This document shows, piece after piece, positions 24,961 through 35,824 of a DNA stretch of 64,000 nt. The stretch spans positions 19,781 to 83,780 of the forward strand of contig CAVGIJ010000008.1 in NCBI GenBank assembly GCA_963629305.1. The letters are read 5' to 3'. Source of the DNA: Acutalibacteraceae bacterium. GTDB lineage: Bacteria > Bacillota > Clostridia > Oscillospirales > Acutalibacteraceae. The stretch's first letter is position 1, and each line of letters opens with the position of its first letter. A program made the translations under genes and the position numbers. Below the pieces are notes generated by a model that searched no databases, was not told where the DNA came from, and saw only the letters and a program-made list of their open reading frames with translations.

Positions 24961-27900
24961 ATGTCCGGTTACTCAAACGAATGCAAAAAAATAAATACAT
25001 ACAACGAGCTGTTGCGGGACACGACTCTCGGCATGTTCCCGCTCGGTATACTCGGTGCTGCCGCAGTGCACAAGGCGTTGCTTATACACAGCATGTGCGA
25101 GGACAGAGGCGCACGCGCGTTTGTCATAACGCAGGATGATGCCTCTGCGAGCAGACTCTGCTCGGACCTTAAGAATTTTGGAACAAAGGCTCAGGTTTTT
25201 CCGGGACGTGACCTTTCATTCATAACCGAGCAGACACATTCAAAGGAATATGAGCAGCAACGTATGGGAGCGCTTTCAAATTGGGTCGGGGGAGATGTCA
25301 GTGTACTCGTAATGCCCTGCACTGCGGCCATTATGAAGACCATACCGGTGGATACTCTCAAAGAGCGTATCATAACTCTTAAGGTCGGAAATGAGGTGGA
25401 CCTTGATTCTCTGCTTCGTTCGTTCGACTTTGCGGGTTACAGACGCGCAGATGAGGTTGAGGGTCCCGGACAGTATGCCGTAAGAGGCGGAATAGTCGAT
25501 TTTTTTCCGCCGGACAGGGAAAATCCTCTGCGTATGGAACTTTGGGGGGATGAGATTGATACAATCGCTGAATTCGACATCTTAAGTCAGAGAAGGACAG
25601 ATACGATTGACAGCGTGAGAATCACTCCGTCATGTGAGATATTTACGCATGACAATCTAAGTCTTGCGGATAAAATTGAGGCGGCAGCGAAAAAGGTGCG
25701 CGGAGGTGCCGCTGAAATAACAAGAGAAAAAATGATGACAGATGTGATGACGATTCGAAATGGGATTCGTAATATCTGTCTTGATAAGTATATAAATATT
25801 GTATATGAGGATGCTGCAACCCCGCTTTCGTATCTTTCAAATAACGATATGCTTTTTGTTGCGGAGAGCAGCGCAATAAAATCAAGAGTTACATCATATG
25901 TAAGGCTTCATCTTGAGGAGATGAAAGAGTATCTTCAAGGCGGTGAGTATACAAAATCACTGGGGGACTTTGTTGTAAACTTTAAGTCACTTGTCAGTGA
26001 TTATGAAAATGCAAACACTGTCTTTATTGATAACTTTGCAAGAGGAAGTTTTGATACGGGCGTGAGCGCGCTCTTTACATTCAGCTTCGGACAGACGCCC
26101 GCGTGGAACGGTACGGTGTCGTCGCTTCTCGATCATATTGACGACAGTGATAAAAATCCTACGATTGTCGTCGCGGCAGGTAATGAAAAAACCGCTAAAA
26201 ATGTCTCCGAAGAACTGACGGAAAACGGAAAAGATGCGCTCTATTGCGTGTATCCTCCGGCAGAATTTCCGTCGGGAAAAATCACGGTTCTTGCAACGTC
26301 GCTGTCATCGGGACTCAGTATTGCCGAAACCGGATTTGAGGTAATCACACACGGGAATATAGGCGGAAAAGCCAAAAAAAGAATCCGCCAAAAACGTGAA
26401 AATGCGTTTCACAGTCTTGATGAGCTTCATACGGGAGATTACATTGTCCATAATATCCACGGCGTCGGAGTCTTTGACGGGATTGAGAACCTGAAAGTGT
26501 CAGGCGTGGAGAAGGACTACCTCAAAATAAAATACGCCAAGGGTGATGTACTCTATGTACCCGTAACACAGCTCGACCTTGTGTCAAAATATATCGGCCC
26601 GCGTGAGGAGACGAGAACGGTAAAACTCAACCGTCTCGGGGGCAAGGAATGGGAAAAATCCAAGGCGAGAGTCAGAAGTGCCGTAAATGATATGGCGAAA
26701 GAACTTACCGATCTGTATGCAAAGCGACTTCATACACCCGGGTATGCTTTCTCTCCGGATATTGACATGCAGAGCGATTTTGAGCGCAGATTTGAGTATG
26801 ATGAAACAGAGGATCAGCTTCGCTGCATAAATGAGATAAAGAATGATATGGAAAAACCGTTCCCTATGGATAGGCTTCTTTGCGGCGATGTAGGTTTCGG
26901 TAAAACCGAAGTTGCACTACGTGCGGCATTCAAATGTATCGCGGATGGGAAACAATGTGCAATTCTTGTTCCGACAACCATACTTGCATTTCAGCATTAC
27001 AATACAATAATGAGAAGATTTGACGGATTCCCGGTTGAAATTGAGATGCTGTCACGTTTCAAAACAGCGTCAGAGCAAAAGAAAATCGTTCAGTCTGTAA
27101 AGCGCGGAAGTGTGGACCTTGTTGTCGGAACACACAGACTTATCTCAAAGGACGTGGAATTCCATGATCTCGGGTTGCTTATAGTTGATGAGGAACAGCG
27201 ATTCGGAGTTGCTCAAAAAGAAAAACTCAAGGAAAAATTCCCGAATGTTGATGTTCTGACACTTTCCGCAACACCTATACCGAGAACTCTCAACATGGCA
27301 ATGACGGGTATAAGAGATATGTCGATTATTGAGGAAGCTCCGCTTGACAGACATCCCGTAACCACATATGTTCTTGAGTATGATGCCGGAATAATTGCGC
27401 AGGCAATAGAAAAGGAACTCCGCAGAGGCGGTCAGGTCTATTATATGCACAACAATGTAGAGAGTATCCTTCACTGCGCCGCGAAGATACACGAGCTCGT
27501 GCCGCAGGCACGAATCGGTGTAGCGCATGGCAAGATGAGTGAAGAGGAATTATCAGAGGTATGGCGGCGTCTGGTGGAGGGCGAAATTGATGTCCTTGTA
27601 TGCACGACCATAATTGAGACCGGTGTAGATGTCCCGAATGCCAATACTTTGATAATAGAACATGCGGATAATCTCGGCCTTTCGCAGCTCCACCAGATAC
27701 GCGGCCGTATAGGACGCTCGTCAAGGCGTGCTGTGGCGTATTTTACATTTACCGGCGGAAAGGAACTTACAGAAGTCGCATACAGACGCCTTACCGCCAT
27801 ACGCGAGTATACGGAATTCGGCTCCGGATTCAAGATTGCCATGCGCGACCTTGAGCTTCGCGGCGCCGGCAGCATACTTGGTGCAAAACAGCACGGGCAT

Positions 27901-28452
27901 ATGGAGGCAGTCGGCTATGACATGTATCTTAAAATTTTGGCAGAGGCGATAAAAGAAAATCAGGATAATACCGGCGAAGACGCTGATTGCGAAAAAGCAT
28001 ATGTACCTCAAAAAGAATGCCTTATTGACATTCAGATTGATGCGCATATCCCCGAGTCGTATATCTACAGCGTACCGCATCGCCTCGCTATGTACCGCAG
28101 AATTGCCGATGTGCGTACAAATGAAGATGCAATGGACGTAACAGATGAGCTCATAGACCGTTTCGGAGAACCGCCGCAAAGTGTTCTCGGACTTATTGAG
28201 GTATCTCTTCTTCGAAATACGGCGGCGGCTCTCGGCATTTATGAGATAGGCCAGCGAGGCGACAATCTTCTTTTGTACTGGGACAACATAAATATGAAAG
28301 CGGTAACGCGACTCTCTGCGGATATGCGCGGAAAAATTCTCGTCTCCGCCGGCTCGAAACCGTATGTTTCAGTAAAAGTTGACAACAGCGCGGACACGAT
28401 AAAAACACTGAAATCCGCACTTATGATTCTTACTCTCGGAGCAAGGTCGTAA
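24961..28452 (+). CDS. mfd: Transcription-repair coupling factor
   Basis: 1163 aa. DEAD/DEAH helicase motifs [11 protein letters not shown] and DEEQRFG, the TRG motif region, and an UvrB-homology N-terminus. Confidence 0.95.
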   Translation: MSGYSNECKKINTYNELLRDTTLGMFPLGILGAAAVHKALLIHSMCEDRGARAFVITQDDASASRLCSDLKNFGTKAQVFPGRDLSFITEQTHSKEYEQQRMGALSNWVGGDVSVLVMPCTAAIMKTIPVDTLKERIITLKVGNEVDLDSLLRSFDFAGYRRADEVEGPGQYAVRGGIVDFFPPDRENPLRMELWGDEIDTIAEFDILSQRRTDTIDSVRITPSCEIFTHDNLSLADKIEAAAKKVRGGAAEITREKMMTDVMTIRNGIRNICLDKYINIVYEDAATPLSYLSNNDMLFVAESSAIKSRVTSYVRLHLEEMKEYLQGGEYTKSLGDFVVNFKSLVSDYENANTVFIDNFARGSFDTGVSALFTFSFGQTPAWNGTVSSLLDHIDDSDKNPTIVVAAGNEKTAKNVSEELTENGKDALYCVYPPAEFPSGKITVLATSLSSGLSIAETGFEVITHGNIGGKAKKRIRQKRENAFHSLDELHTGDYIVHNIHGVGVFDGIENLKVSGVEKDYLKIKYAKGDVLYVPVTQLDLVSKYIGPREETRTVKLNRLGGKEWEKSKARVRSAVNDMAKELTDLYAKRLHTPGYAFSPDIDMQSDFERRFEYDETEDQLRCINEIKNDMEKPFPMDRLLCGDVGFGKTEVALRAAFKCIADGKQCAILVPTTILAFQHYNTIMRRFDGFPVEIEMLSRFKTASEQKKIVQSVKRGSVDLVVGTHRLISKDVEFHDLGLLIVDEEQRFGVAQKEKLKEKFPNVDVLTLSATPIPRTLNMAMTGIRDMSIIEEAPLDRHPVTTYVLEYDAGIIAQAIEKELRRGGQVYYMHNNVESILHCAAKIHELVPQARIGVAHGKMSEEELSEVWRRLVEGEIDVLVCTTIIETGVDVPNANTLIIEHADNLGLSQLHQIRGRIGRSSRRAVAYFTFTGGKELTEVAYRRLTAIREYTEFGSGFKIAMRDLELRGAGSILGAKQHGHMEAVGYDMYLKILAEAIKENQDNTGEDADCEKAYVPQKECLIDIQIDAHIPESYIYSVPHRLAMYRRIADVRTNEDAMDVTDELIDRFGEPPQSVLGLIEVSLLRNTAAALGIYEIGQRGDNLLLYWDNINMKAVTRLSADMRGKILVSAGSKPYVSVKVDNSADTIKTLKSALMILTLGARS

Positions 28453-28544
28453 GCGGTAATACTACCTTTTCCTTAAAAGTGGAATTGCATTGCCTGTAAT
28501 GGGATGTTATACTCAAATTGACTTTAATTGAAAGGAGATAATCT

Positions 28545-28964
28545 ATGGAAACGTTCATGACTATTTTTATGTCCAATGTACCTGCGGGCGTGGCAACGGT
28601 TTGTCTTGCTCTTTACTTCTTCGGTATGGCTATTGTGTTTATAATAAGCCCTGTAAAGAATGCGGAAAGCTTTGCCATAAAGCCGGCTGACAATGCGGGA
28701 ATAACAGAGATAAGAGTTTACTATGGCGGCATTTCCTTTGCCCTCGGTGCTTTTCTTCTCTATCTCTTCTTTGCTCTCGGTACACCGGTTTATTCACTTG
28801 CCGGCGGTCTCTTCTTTGCAACAACCGTATTTGTTACAAGAAGCATTTTCCTCTGCGTGGATAAGGGCTGGAAATGCCCTTACACGAAACTCGCAATTCC
28901 GGCAGAGGGATTCTTTGTAGTTGCGCTTTGGACGTGCTTTATTTTGTCAAAAGTTCTCTACTGA
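28545..28964 (+). CDS. Small polytopic membrane protein (about 4 TM), function unknown
   Basis: AAAGGAGA RBS. The hydrophobic segments are followed by a strong terminator. Confidence 0.6.
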   Translation: METFMTIFMSNVPAGVATVCLALYFFGMAIVFIISPVKNAESFAIKPADNAGITEIRVYYGGISFALGAFLLYLFFALGTPVYSLAGGLFFATTVFVTRSIFLCVDKGWKCPYTKLAIPAEGFFVVALWTCFILSKVLY

Positions 28965-29007
28965 TTTCTTATTGAAATTCAGCATTGATAAGATTTACAA
29001 AAAAAGA

Positions 29008-29048
29008 AAGACTGCAATCCCACTCTTTTGAGGATTGCAGTCTTTTTT
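29008..29048. terminator. Bidirectional rho-independent terminator
   Basis: AAGACTGCAATCC/GGATTGCAGTCTT hairpin with an upstream A-run and a downstream T-run. Confidence 0.85.
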
Positions 29049-29073
29049 GCAAGAATTTTAAAATCTCTGAACT

Positions 29074-29931
29074 TTAGTCAAGATTCAATTTGTGCTTCAT
29101 GATATACGACGTGAAGAAATAGAGCAGTGCCGAGAATACAAGATTTATTGCGGTATTTCCGAGTACGACTATCTGGAGTGCCTTTCCGGAACTGTCAAGG
29201 AGCGTTGTGTAATAATCAGGAACTACCTTAGTGATTACCGCAAGATAGATACCCATGATAATCCATGAGAGGATATCTATGATGATGTAAGCAAAGATTG
29301 TTCCGAGAACCTTATGCTTTTTTGAAAGGAGCATACCGAAAGCTACGGAATTATACCATGCGAGGATAAATCTTGTAAGGTATGTGAATAAGAGCAGTAC
29401 AAGCTCAACGACAAAGACCCAAAAAGGAACACCGAGCTCTTCTTGTAAATACTCTTTTTCACGGTCGATTACCTGGGTTAAATTGTCCCATACATCGCCG
29501 AGAAGGTCCATGACCTCGGTGTAGTGACCGAGGGTGATATACAGTGACAAAATTGCAATTGCAACGCTTAGTATAATCCACACCCATGAGTTGAGGAGTT
29601 TTGAGAAGATGAGGGTTGCCGGCCTTGTCGGCAATGTCATCATAAGATAACCCTCGTCGGTGAAGAAGTTCTTATAGAATCTGTACACCATGAGGAAAAG
29701 GGTCAGAATTATAAGTGCTATAAATGCAAGGACATATACCGTTGAGATGATTGATGAAAGCGCCTTTATGATTTTTACAAAGGTCGCCGGTACATTGTCA
29801 ATTATGTACTGACGGGATGTTACCCACGTGAGGACACGTCCTATTGCGGCAAGCACAAGTACGGCAATATACGACGGCAATGCAATTCTTCCTACAGAGA
29901 GAAATTCGTGTTTTGTAAGATTTCCTAACAT
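29074..29931 (-). CDS. ABC-2-type transporter permease-like membrane protein
   Basis: Six predicted hydrophobic spans. Translationally coupled to the upstream ATPase gene by an overlap at 29925-29931. Confidence 0.7.
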   Translation of the reverse strand: MLGNLTKHEFLSVGRIALPSYIAVLVLAAIGRVLTWVTSRQYIIDNVPATFVKIIKALSSIISTVYVLAFIALIILTLFLMVYRFYKNFFTDEGYLMMTLPTRPATLIFSKLLNSWVWIILSVAIAILSLYITLGHYTEVMDLLGDVWDNLTQVIDREKEYLQEELGVPFWVFVVELVLLLFTYLTRFILAWYNSVAFGMLLSKKHKVLGTIFAYIIIDILSWIIMGIYLAVITKVVPDYYTTLLDSSGKALQIVVLGNTAINLVFSALLYFFTSYIMKHKLNLD

Positions 29932-30620
29932 CTGAACACCTCCCTGAAAATTCCGTCTACTGTTTTTCCTTCTGCGTGAACGTCCTCGACGGAACCGTGC
30001 TGAAGTATATCTCCCTCGCGAATGAATACATATTCGTTGAGAACCGATTCAACATCTGAGATAAGGTGTGTTGAGATGAGAACCGTAGAGTTTTCACAGT
30101 AGTTTCCGATGATGGTTTCAAGGATGTAGTCCCTTGCCGCCGGGTCGACACCGCCTATCGGCTCGTCGAGAAGATAAAGCTTTGCCTCTCTGCTCATTAC
30201 GAGGATGAGCTGAACCTTCTCTCTGTTTCCCTTTGAAAGATCCTTGAGCGGGCGCTTCGGGTCTATGCCGAGATGCGACAGCATCTCATATGCCTTATCT
30301 TTGTTGAAATCCTTATAAAAGTCTGCCATGAAGTCTACTTGTCTGCTGATTTTTTTAGAAAGATCGAGATAATTGCGCTCAGGCAGGTAAGAAACAATTT
30401 TTTTTGATTCGACTCCGGGCCTTAATCCTCCGACCGTTATTTCTCCGGCTGTTGGAAGAAGAAGTCCGCTGGCAAGCTTTATGAGAGTTGTTTTTCCGGA
30501 ACCGTTAGGACCGAGAAGGCCGATGATTTTGCCCTCGGGCAGTGAGAGATTTATGCCTTTAAGGGCAGTAAATCCGCCGTACTGCTTTTTCAGGTGGTTA
30601 CATACGAGAATGTCCGCCAA
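29925..30620 (-). CDS. ABC transporter ATP-binding protein (YtrB-like)
   Basis: Walker A GPNGSGKTT, signature variant LSKGNRE, Walker B LYLLDEP. TTG start follows GGGAGGA. Confidence 0.9.
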   Translation of the reverse strand: MADILVCNHLKKQYGGFTALKGINLSLPEGKIIGLLGPNGSGKTTLIKLASGLLLPTAGEITVGGLRPGVESKKIVSYLPERNYLDLSKKISRQVDFMADFYKDFNKDKAYEMLSHLGIDPKRPLKDLSKGNREKVQLILVMSREAKLYLLDEPIGGVDPAARDYILETIIGNYCENSTVLISTHLISDVESVLNEYVFIREGDILQHGSVEDVHAEGKTVDGIFREVFRC

Positions 30621-30792
30621 TGTATTTTCCTCCCTACATAATTTGACGTAAGTTATAATTTTAACTACTCTATAATACCATAAAATAAAAACTTGTAAAT
30701 AAAATTGACAGGTTATAAAAAATTCTGTATTATTAACATTGTATTTTATGACGGATGTATTTATTGCAGTTTACGTATTTTGAGAGGAGATA

Positions 30793-31365
30793 ATGATAAT
30801 GAAAGCACGTGATGCAAGACTTCTTTACATAACTGTATTTGTTCTTGCTCTTGCTGCGGTTCTCACCTGTTCTTCAGTGATAGGAATTGCAGCGGTTACA
30901 CCTTTTGCCGTGTCAAAATTCGGAGAACTTTTTGCAAAGTTTAAAGAGAATCACAGAGAGGGTATGCCTGCGGCAAAGGCTGCGAAAGCAAAGCTTGATG
31001 AACTGAAGAAAGAGCAGGCTTTGCTTGCAAAGGATAAGAAAGCACTCGAGAAGAAAAAACTTGCTGTCCGTAAGGCACAGGCAAAGAAGCTCTACGAGGA
31101 ACGCCAAAAGAACGGCTACGAGAGCACACTCGGAAGCATTGAAACTTATAAAAATGCTGTTATTGCGGAGGAGGCTTCCATAGACGGCGAAAAACCGGCA
31201 AAGGCTTCAAAGGCAAAGAAAGCCGAGAAAAAGCAGGTTGAAAAAGCTGCAGTTGAGAGCACACCGGTTACTCCGGTAGTGATTCCGGAAGTTGAAACAC
31301 AGGAACCGGATGAACAGCCTGATTATACTGCAAACGGAAGTATGTTCCGCGGTATCAGTTTCTGA
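30793..31365 (+). CDS. Membrane-anchored Lys/Ala/Glu-rich coiled-coil protein, function unknown
   Basis: One N-terminal TM segment, then KAAKAKLDELKKEQALLAKDKKALEKKK. GAGAGGAG RBS. Confidence 0.6.
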   Translation: MIMKARDARLLYITVFVLALAAVLTCSSVIGIAAVTPFAVSKFGELFAKFKENHREGMPAAKAAKAKLDELKKEQALLAKDKKALEKKKLAVRKAQAKKLYEERQKNGYESTLGSIETYKNAVIAEEASIDGEKPAKASKAKKAEKKQVEKAAVESTPVTPVVIPEVETQEPDEQPDYTANGSMFRGISF

Positions 31366-31564
31366 TTTTTTGGTTGACTTGTCAGAAAAAATATGTAATA
31401 ATTGACTCGTGAAAACCGAATAAATTGACTCCGAGTTACTTCTCCTAAAGCGAGAGCCATGGAAAATTAACCGATGGGTGTTAGGGAAACCGACCGCCTT
31501 CCGTATTTGAAAAGGGGCACATGATAAATTTTACAGAATCATCTCGTGTTGTGGATGTGGTGTA

Positions 31565-31609
31565 AAAACAGGCTCCTTTTGTATGTAAAAGGAGCCTGTT
31601 TTGATTTTT
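31565..31609 (+). terminator. Strong hairpin terminator in an orphan intergenic region
   Basis: AAAACAGGCTCCTTTT-GTATGT-AAAAGGAGCCTGTTTT (16-bp stem), followed by a T-rich tail. Confidence 0.7.
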
Positions 31610-31716
31610 ACGATTTGTTTCGTTACTTAAAGCCACTGTAGTCTCCCACAGTGCTTTTTGTATAGAGAAGTTGTATAACCACCACAACATAGTACAATTT
31701 CACACCCATAACACGG

Positions 31717-31753
31717 TGAGTCGAGTGATTTTCACTCGACTCATTGTCTTTTT
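31717..31753 (+). terminator. Second strong hairpin terminator in the same intergenic region
   Basis: TGAGTCGAGTG-ATTTT-CACTCGACTCA (11-bp stem), followed by TTGTCTTTTT. Confidence 0.6.
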
Positions 31754-31770
31754 ACATCAGTTCATTTACG

Positions 31771-31799
31771 TTGACACCTGTAAATCTTTATGGTAGTAT
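31771..31799 (+). promoter_or_regulatory. Candidate sigma-A promoter for the 61-aa membrane peptide gene
   Basis: TTGACA (31771-31776), a 17-nt spacer ending in TGG, then TAGTAT (31794-31799). Confidence 0.55.
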
Positions 31800-31859
31800 T
31801 TACAAGGTGGTTAAACAGGTGTCCTCGGCGGTACACCGAAAAAAGAAAGGGAGATAAAA

Positions 31860-32045
31860 ATGATTGATATTATCAAGAAAATTTTAAAAATTGTCGGATC
31901 AATTGTCAGTGCATCTTTGTTTGCACTCGTAGCATATCTTGTATATGCGATAAATCCATGGAATGTACCGGCTATTTTTAAACGTAATTATCCGGCGTGG
32001 TTTGAAGCACATCCTTTTATAAGCAGTCTTATAAAGATTGATTGA
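31860..32045 (+). CDS. Small (61 aa) single-TM membrane protein
   Basis: GGGAGA RBS, with its own promoter and terminator. One hydrophobic helix: IVGSIVSASLFALVAYLVYAI. Confidence 0.55.
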   Translation: MIDIIKKILKIVGSIVSASLFALVAYLVYAINPWNVPAIFKRNYPAWFEAHPFISSLIKID

Positions 32046-32070
32046 TAGGAATTAACGGTTTTGAGTGATC

Positions 32071-32111
32071 AGCGGTTGTCATTTTTAACGGATACAACCG
32101 CTTATTATTTT
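32071..32111 (+). terminator. Probable terminator
   Basis: AGCGGTTGT/ACAACCGCT stem with a 14-nt loop and a T-rich tail. Confidence 0.5.
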
Positions 32112-32187
32112 AAGCAAAAAAACTCTTGATTTTTTGTAGTCACTTGTATATAATGGATTAGCACAAGGGAACGAGATTCCCACATAT

Positions 32188-32263
<76 letters not shown>

Positions 32264-32267
32264 AAAA

Positions 32268-32306
32268 GCCCGAATTTGGTAAATCCTGAATTCGGGTTTT
32301 CTTTTG
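32268..32306 (+). terminator. Terminator after the tRNA
   Basis: CCCGAATT/AATTCGGG hairpin followed by TTTTCTTTT. Confidence 0.7.
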
Positions 32307-32454
32307 TTATTTTATCATTTTACAATGATTTTACATACACAATACAAAAATTTGTCTTGTAGTCTATACCTTTGATTTTGTAAAATACATATAAAGCTCA
32401 TGTCATTAATATATTTAGTTTAGTATGCAAAAATAAAAATCCGGAGGAAATCAA

Positions 32455-33774
32455 ATGACACTTGCACTTATAATTTTTCTGATAACTTATGTGCTTATGC
32501 TTGCTTTGCAAAAGTATAGGCCGTGGATTGCGCTTACTTCTGCTGTGGTATTTATCGTACTTGGCATGGTCGGTGTGTATGATATGTCTTTGGGAGAGGC
32601 ACTTTCGGCGGTTGATTACAACGTTCTCCTAATGATAGCGGGAACTATGGGACTTGTAACGCTGTTCATAGACAGCAAGATGCCCGCGAGGCTGGCGGAA
32701 ATTCTCATTGCAAAGGTCCCCAATGTAAAATGGGCCGTGACGGCACTTGCACTGTTCGCCGGCATTGTCAGCGCCTTTGTGGACAATGTTGCAACGGTAC
32801 TCATGGTCGCACCGGTCGGTCTTGCTATTTCAAGAAAACTCAAGATTTCCCCCGTACCTGTGCTGATTGCCATTGCGGTTTCATCGAATCTGCAAGGCGC
32901 AGCGACAATGGTCGGCGACACCACAAGCATGCTTCTCGGAAGCTTTGCGGATATGAATTTCCTTGACTTCTTCTGGATGATGGGCAAACCGGGTATATTC
33001 TTCGGAGTTGAACTTGGTGCGCTTGCCTCCGCGGGAATACTTATGTTCCTTTTCCGCAAGGAAAAGCAACCGATTAATGCAGAGGTTGAAACGGAAGTAA
33101 CGGATTATTTCCCGTCATATCTGATGATAGGAACAGTTGCTTTGCTTATAGTGTCATCTTTTCTCACGGAGCCGAATTCACAGTTCCTTCTTACAATTTA
33201 CAATATACGAAGCGGACTTATATGTGTCGCACTCTGTATCATAGGTATCATCAGAAATTGTATTCGCAATAAGTCGGATGCAATGGTCGGCAAGGTCATT
33301 AAAGATCTTGACAAGGATACATTGCTCCTCCTTTTCGGACTCTTTATAGTTATAGAAGGAATAAAGACGGCCGGTGTTATAGATGCCGTTGCAAAATTGT
33401 TCTATACGGTTGCCGGCGACAATCCGTTTATGCTGTATACATTGCTCGTGTTCGCGTCTGTTATTCTTTCGGCATTTATCGATAACATTCCGTATGTTGC
33501 AACTATGCTCCCCGTTGTTCAAAGTATTTCGGCAATGATGAACGGCGGCGACAGTGCCGCAGCATATGTCTTCTATTTCGGCTTGCTTACAGGTGCGACA
33601 CTCGGAGGAAACCTTACACCTATAGGAGCATCTGCTAACATTGCGGCAATAGGCATACTTCGAAAAAACGGCGAGACCGTAAAACTTACCGACTTCCTTC
33701 GTATAGGAGTCCCGTTTACGCTCACCGCCGTTTTGGTCGGATATGCTTATATATGGCTTGTATGGGGTGTTTAA
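32455..33774 (+). CDS. ArsB/NhaD (SLC13-like) family anion/ion permease
   Basis: 439-aa polytopic protein with paired repeats (VDNVATVLMVAP ... IDNIPYVATMLP) typical of the ArsB/NhaD/CitMHS superfamily. Confidence 0.8.
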   Translation: MTLALIIFLITYVLMLALQKYRPWIALTSAVVFIVLGMVGVYDMSLGEALSAVDYNVLLMIAGTMGLVTLFIDSKMPARLAEILIAKVPNVKWAVTALALFAGIVSAFVDNVATVLMVAPVGLAISRKLKISPVPVLIAIAVSSNLQGAATMVGDTTSMLLGSFADMNFLDFFWMMGKPGIFFGVELGALASAGILMFLFRKEKQPINAEVETEVTDYFPSYLMIGTVALLIVSSFLTEPNSQFLLTIYNIRSGLICVALCIIGIIRNCIRNKSDAMVGKVIKDLDKDTLLLLFGLFIVIEGIKTAGVIDAVAKLFYTVAGDNPFMLYTLLVFASVILSAFIDNIPYVATMLPVVQSISAMMNGGDSAAAYVFYFGLLTGATLGGNLTPIGASANIAAIGILRKNGETVKLTDFLRIGVPFTLTAVLVGYAYIWLVWGV

Positions 33775-33793
33775 CTAAAAGCCGGCGTTTGAA

Positions 33794-34666
33794 TTATCTT
33801 TCTTTGCCGACAAAGAATAGTGAGATACACCCTTTACCCGTATGAGCGGCGATTATAGGGTCAATATCAACTATAATAACTTCACCGATATGAAACCTTG
33901 AAAGAAGTTTTTCTTTCAGGGTTTCTGCGTCATCATATGCATCTGCTTGAGATATAAATACGGCATCAAATGTTTTTCCGTCTGAATGCTGTTCCATTTT
34001 ATTTACAATAGCATCAAGGGATTTGTTTCGGCCTGCTGCTTTTGAGTTCGGTGTCAGATGACCGTCGTTGTCCATATGCATGACGGGCTTTATTCGAAGC
34101 AGTCCGCCTATGGTTGCGGTCGTAGCACTTATCCTGCCGCCTCTTTTAAGGTGGTCAAGGTCATCGACAGTAAACCAGTGGCATATGCGCAGCTTGTTAT
34201 TTTCAACCCACTCGGCGAGTTCTTCAAGGCTCATGCCGGCTTTTTTATTTTGGGCTGCGAGATAGCAGAGAAGTCCCTCACCGCCACTTGCACAGAGTGA
34301 ATCTATCACCCTTATTTTTCTGCTCGGATACTCTTCTGATAGTTCTTCGCTTATAATTTTTACTGCATTGTATGTTCCTGAAAGTCCGGATGAAAAGGCG
34401 ATGTAAAGAATGTCCTTCCCGCTTGCAACCAGCGCTTTGAGTGTCTCTTTTGCAGCGGTTATGTCAACCTGTGAGGTTGTAATGTCGTCGTATTTTTGAA
34501 GCATATCGTAAAAATCTTTTTTTGAAAGATTCCTGAAATCTGCATAGTGTATAAAGTCTTTTCCGTGTATGATAACGTGCATGGGCAATGCGACTATTCC
34601 GAGGTTGTCAAGCATTTCCTGTGACAGGTCACATGCAGTATCGGTTACGATAATATAATCATCCAT
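33794..34666 (-). CDS. DegV family fatty-acid-binding protein
   Basis: IVTDTACDL...TSQ....F.......G.DILYI.FSSGLSGTY...GGRIS are DegV hallmarks. Confidence 0.9.
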   Translation of the reverse strand: MDDYIIVTDTACDLSQEMLDNLGIVALPMHVIIHGKDFIHYADFRNLSKKDFYDMLQKYDDITTSQVDITAAKETLKALVASGKDILYIAFSSGLSGTYNAVKIISEELSEEYPSRKIRVIDSLCASGGEGLLCYLAAQNKKAGMSLEELAEWVENNKLRICHWFTVDDLDHLKRGGRISATTATIGGLLRIKPVMHMDNDGHLTPNSKAAGRNKSLDAIVNKMEQHSDGKTFDAVFISQADAYDDAETLKEKLLSRFHIGEVIIVDIDPIIAAHTGKGCISLFFVGKER

Positions 34667-34878
34667 AAGTAAAGCCTCCTAAAATATCTGCTGATGTGAG
34701 GGTAAAAACATATTACATAGTTTTCGATACTAGGTTACAACATCCCAAAGAAAATGTCAACAGATTTTGCAAATGATTTTATGAGCGCTGCGTTTCATAA
34801 AATTGGACAAAAGAAAGTCGGTTATTTGGGTGGTTTTGTTGTATTGCTCCAAAGATGTCGGCACAACGTCTATCCTGA

Positions 34879-34907
34879 TTGACTTTTTTCGACCGTAATG
34901 ATAAAAT
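34879..34907 (+). promoter_or_regulatory. Candidate promoter of the xpt leader
   Basis: TTGACT, a 17-nt spacer, then TAAAAT. Confidence 0.5.
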
Positions 34908-34937
34908 CTTGATATAAAATTCATTGTGACGTTTTCA

Positions 34938-35140
34938 CTACAAGTATAGTTTTGGATAAAAGGCCCAAAAGTTTCTACCGCAACGCCTGCCGGTTGTAAA
35001 GTTGCGACTACTTGTATCAGCAGTTTTCAGTGCGCATTGGTTGGATTACCCTTTTAATGTGTGCATATTTTGTTGATTAATTCAGTGTAGTCATACTGCC
35101 GGCAGACCTTGAACTTCGAGGTCTGTCTTTTATTTTTTTT
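34938..35140 (+). promoter_or_regulatory. Purine (guanine-class) riboswitch with terminator expression platform
   Basis: P1 is TACAAGTA/TACTTGTA and P2 is TTTTGG/CCAAAA. J2-3 reads AGTTTCTACCG as in the B. subtilis xpt aptamer. P3 is CGCAAC/GTTGCG, followed by GCGAC-T (C at the specificity position). The terminator is CAGACCT/AGGTCTG plus a long T-run at 35103-35140. Confidence 0.8.
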
Positions 35141-35159
35141 GAGTTGTCAGGAGGCTATT

Positions 35160-35750
35160 ATGAAAGCACTTGAAGAAAAAATAATGGCTGAGGGCCAGGT
35201 TTATCCGGGAAATGTTCTTAAGGTCGGATCTTTTCTCAATCATCAAATAGATGTTCCGTTTATGATGGAGGTCGGAAAAGAGTTTCACAGGCTTTATGAG
35301 AATGACGGTGTAAATAAAATCCTCACTATTGAAGCTTCCGGCATAGGGGTTGCCTGCCTTGCGGCTCAGTATTTCAATGTACCCGTGGTATTTGCAAAGA
35401 AAAGTCAGACAAAGAACATTGCCGGTGAGGTTTACACAAGTAAGGTTGTTTCTTTCACACACGGCAGAGAGTATGACATAATCGTTGCAAAGGATTACCT
35501 CGGACCGGATGACAGAGTTCTTATCATAGATGATTTCCTTGCAAACGGCAGTGCTCTTGAAGGCCTTATCAAGCTCGTGAACGATTCGGGTGCGACACTT
35601 GTTGGCTGCGGAATAGTTATAGAAAAAGGCTTTCAGCCCGGAGGCGCCCTCATAAGAAATAGCGGGGTCCGCGTTGAATCACTTGCCATAGTTGACAGTA
35701 TGTCGGCTGATGACGGTACTATTGTTTTCAGAGATCAAGGGGACAAATAA
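35160..35750 (+). CDS. xpt: Xanthine phosphoribosyltransferase
   Basis: LEEKI...G.VL.....V.SFLNHQ.D........EF...Y......KILTIEASGI and the PRPP loop VLIIDDFLANGSA. CAGGAGG RBS precedes ATG 35160. Confidence 0.9.
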   Translation: MKALEEKIMAEGQVYPGNVLKVGSFLNHQIDVPFMMEVGKEFHRLYENDGVNKILTIEASGIGVACLAAQYFNVPVVFAKKSQTKNIAGEVYTSKVVSFTHGREYDIIVAKDYLGPDDRVLIIDDFLANGSALEGLIKLVNDSGATLVGCGIVIEKGFQPGGALIRNSGVRVESLAIVDSMSADDGTIVFRDQGDK

Positions 35751-35824
35751 ATTTGGGTTACAATTGCGGCTTTAACCGCATGTAATAGATAAACAAATAA
35801 AAGTATTATCGGAGGAATTGTACA

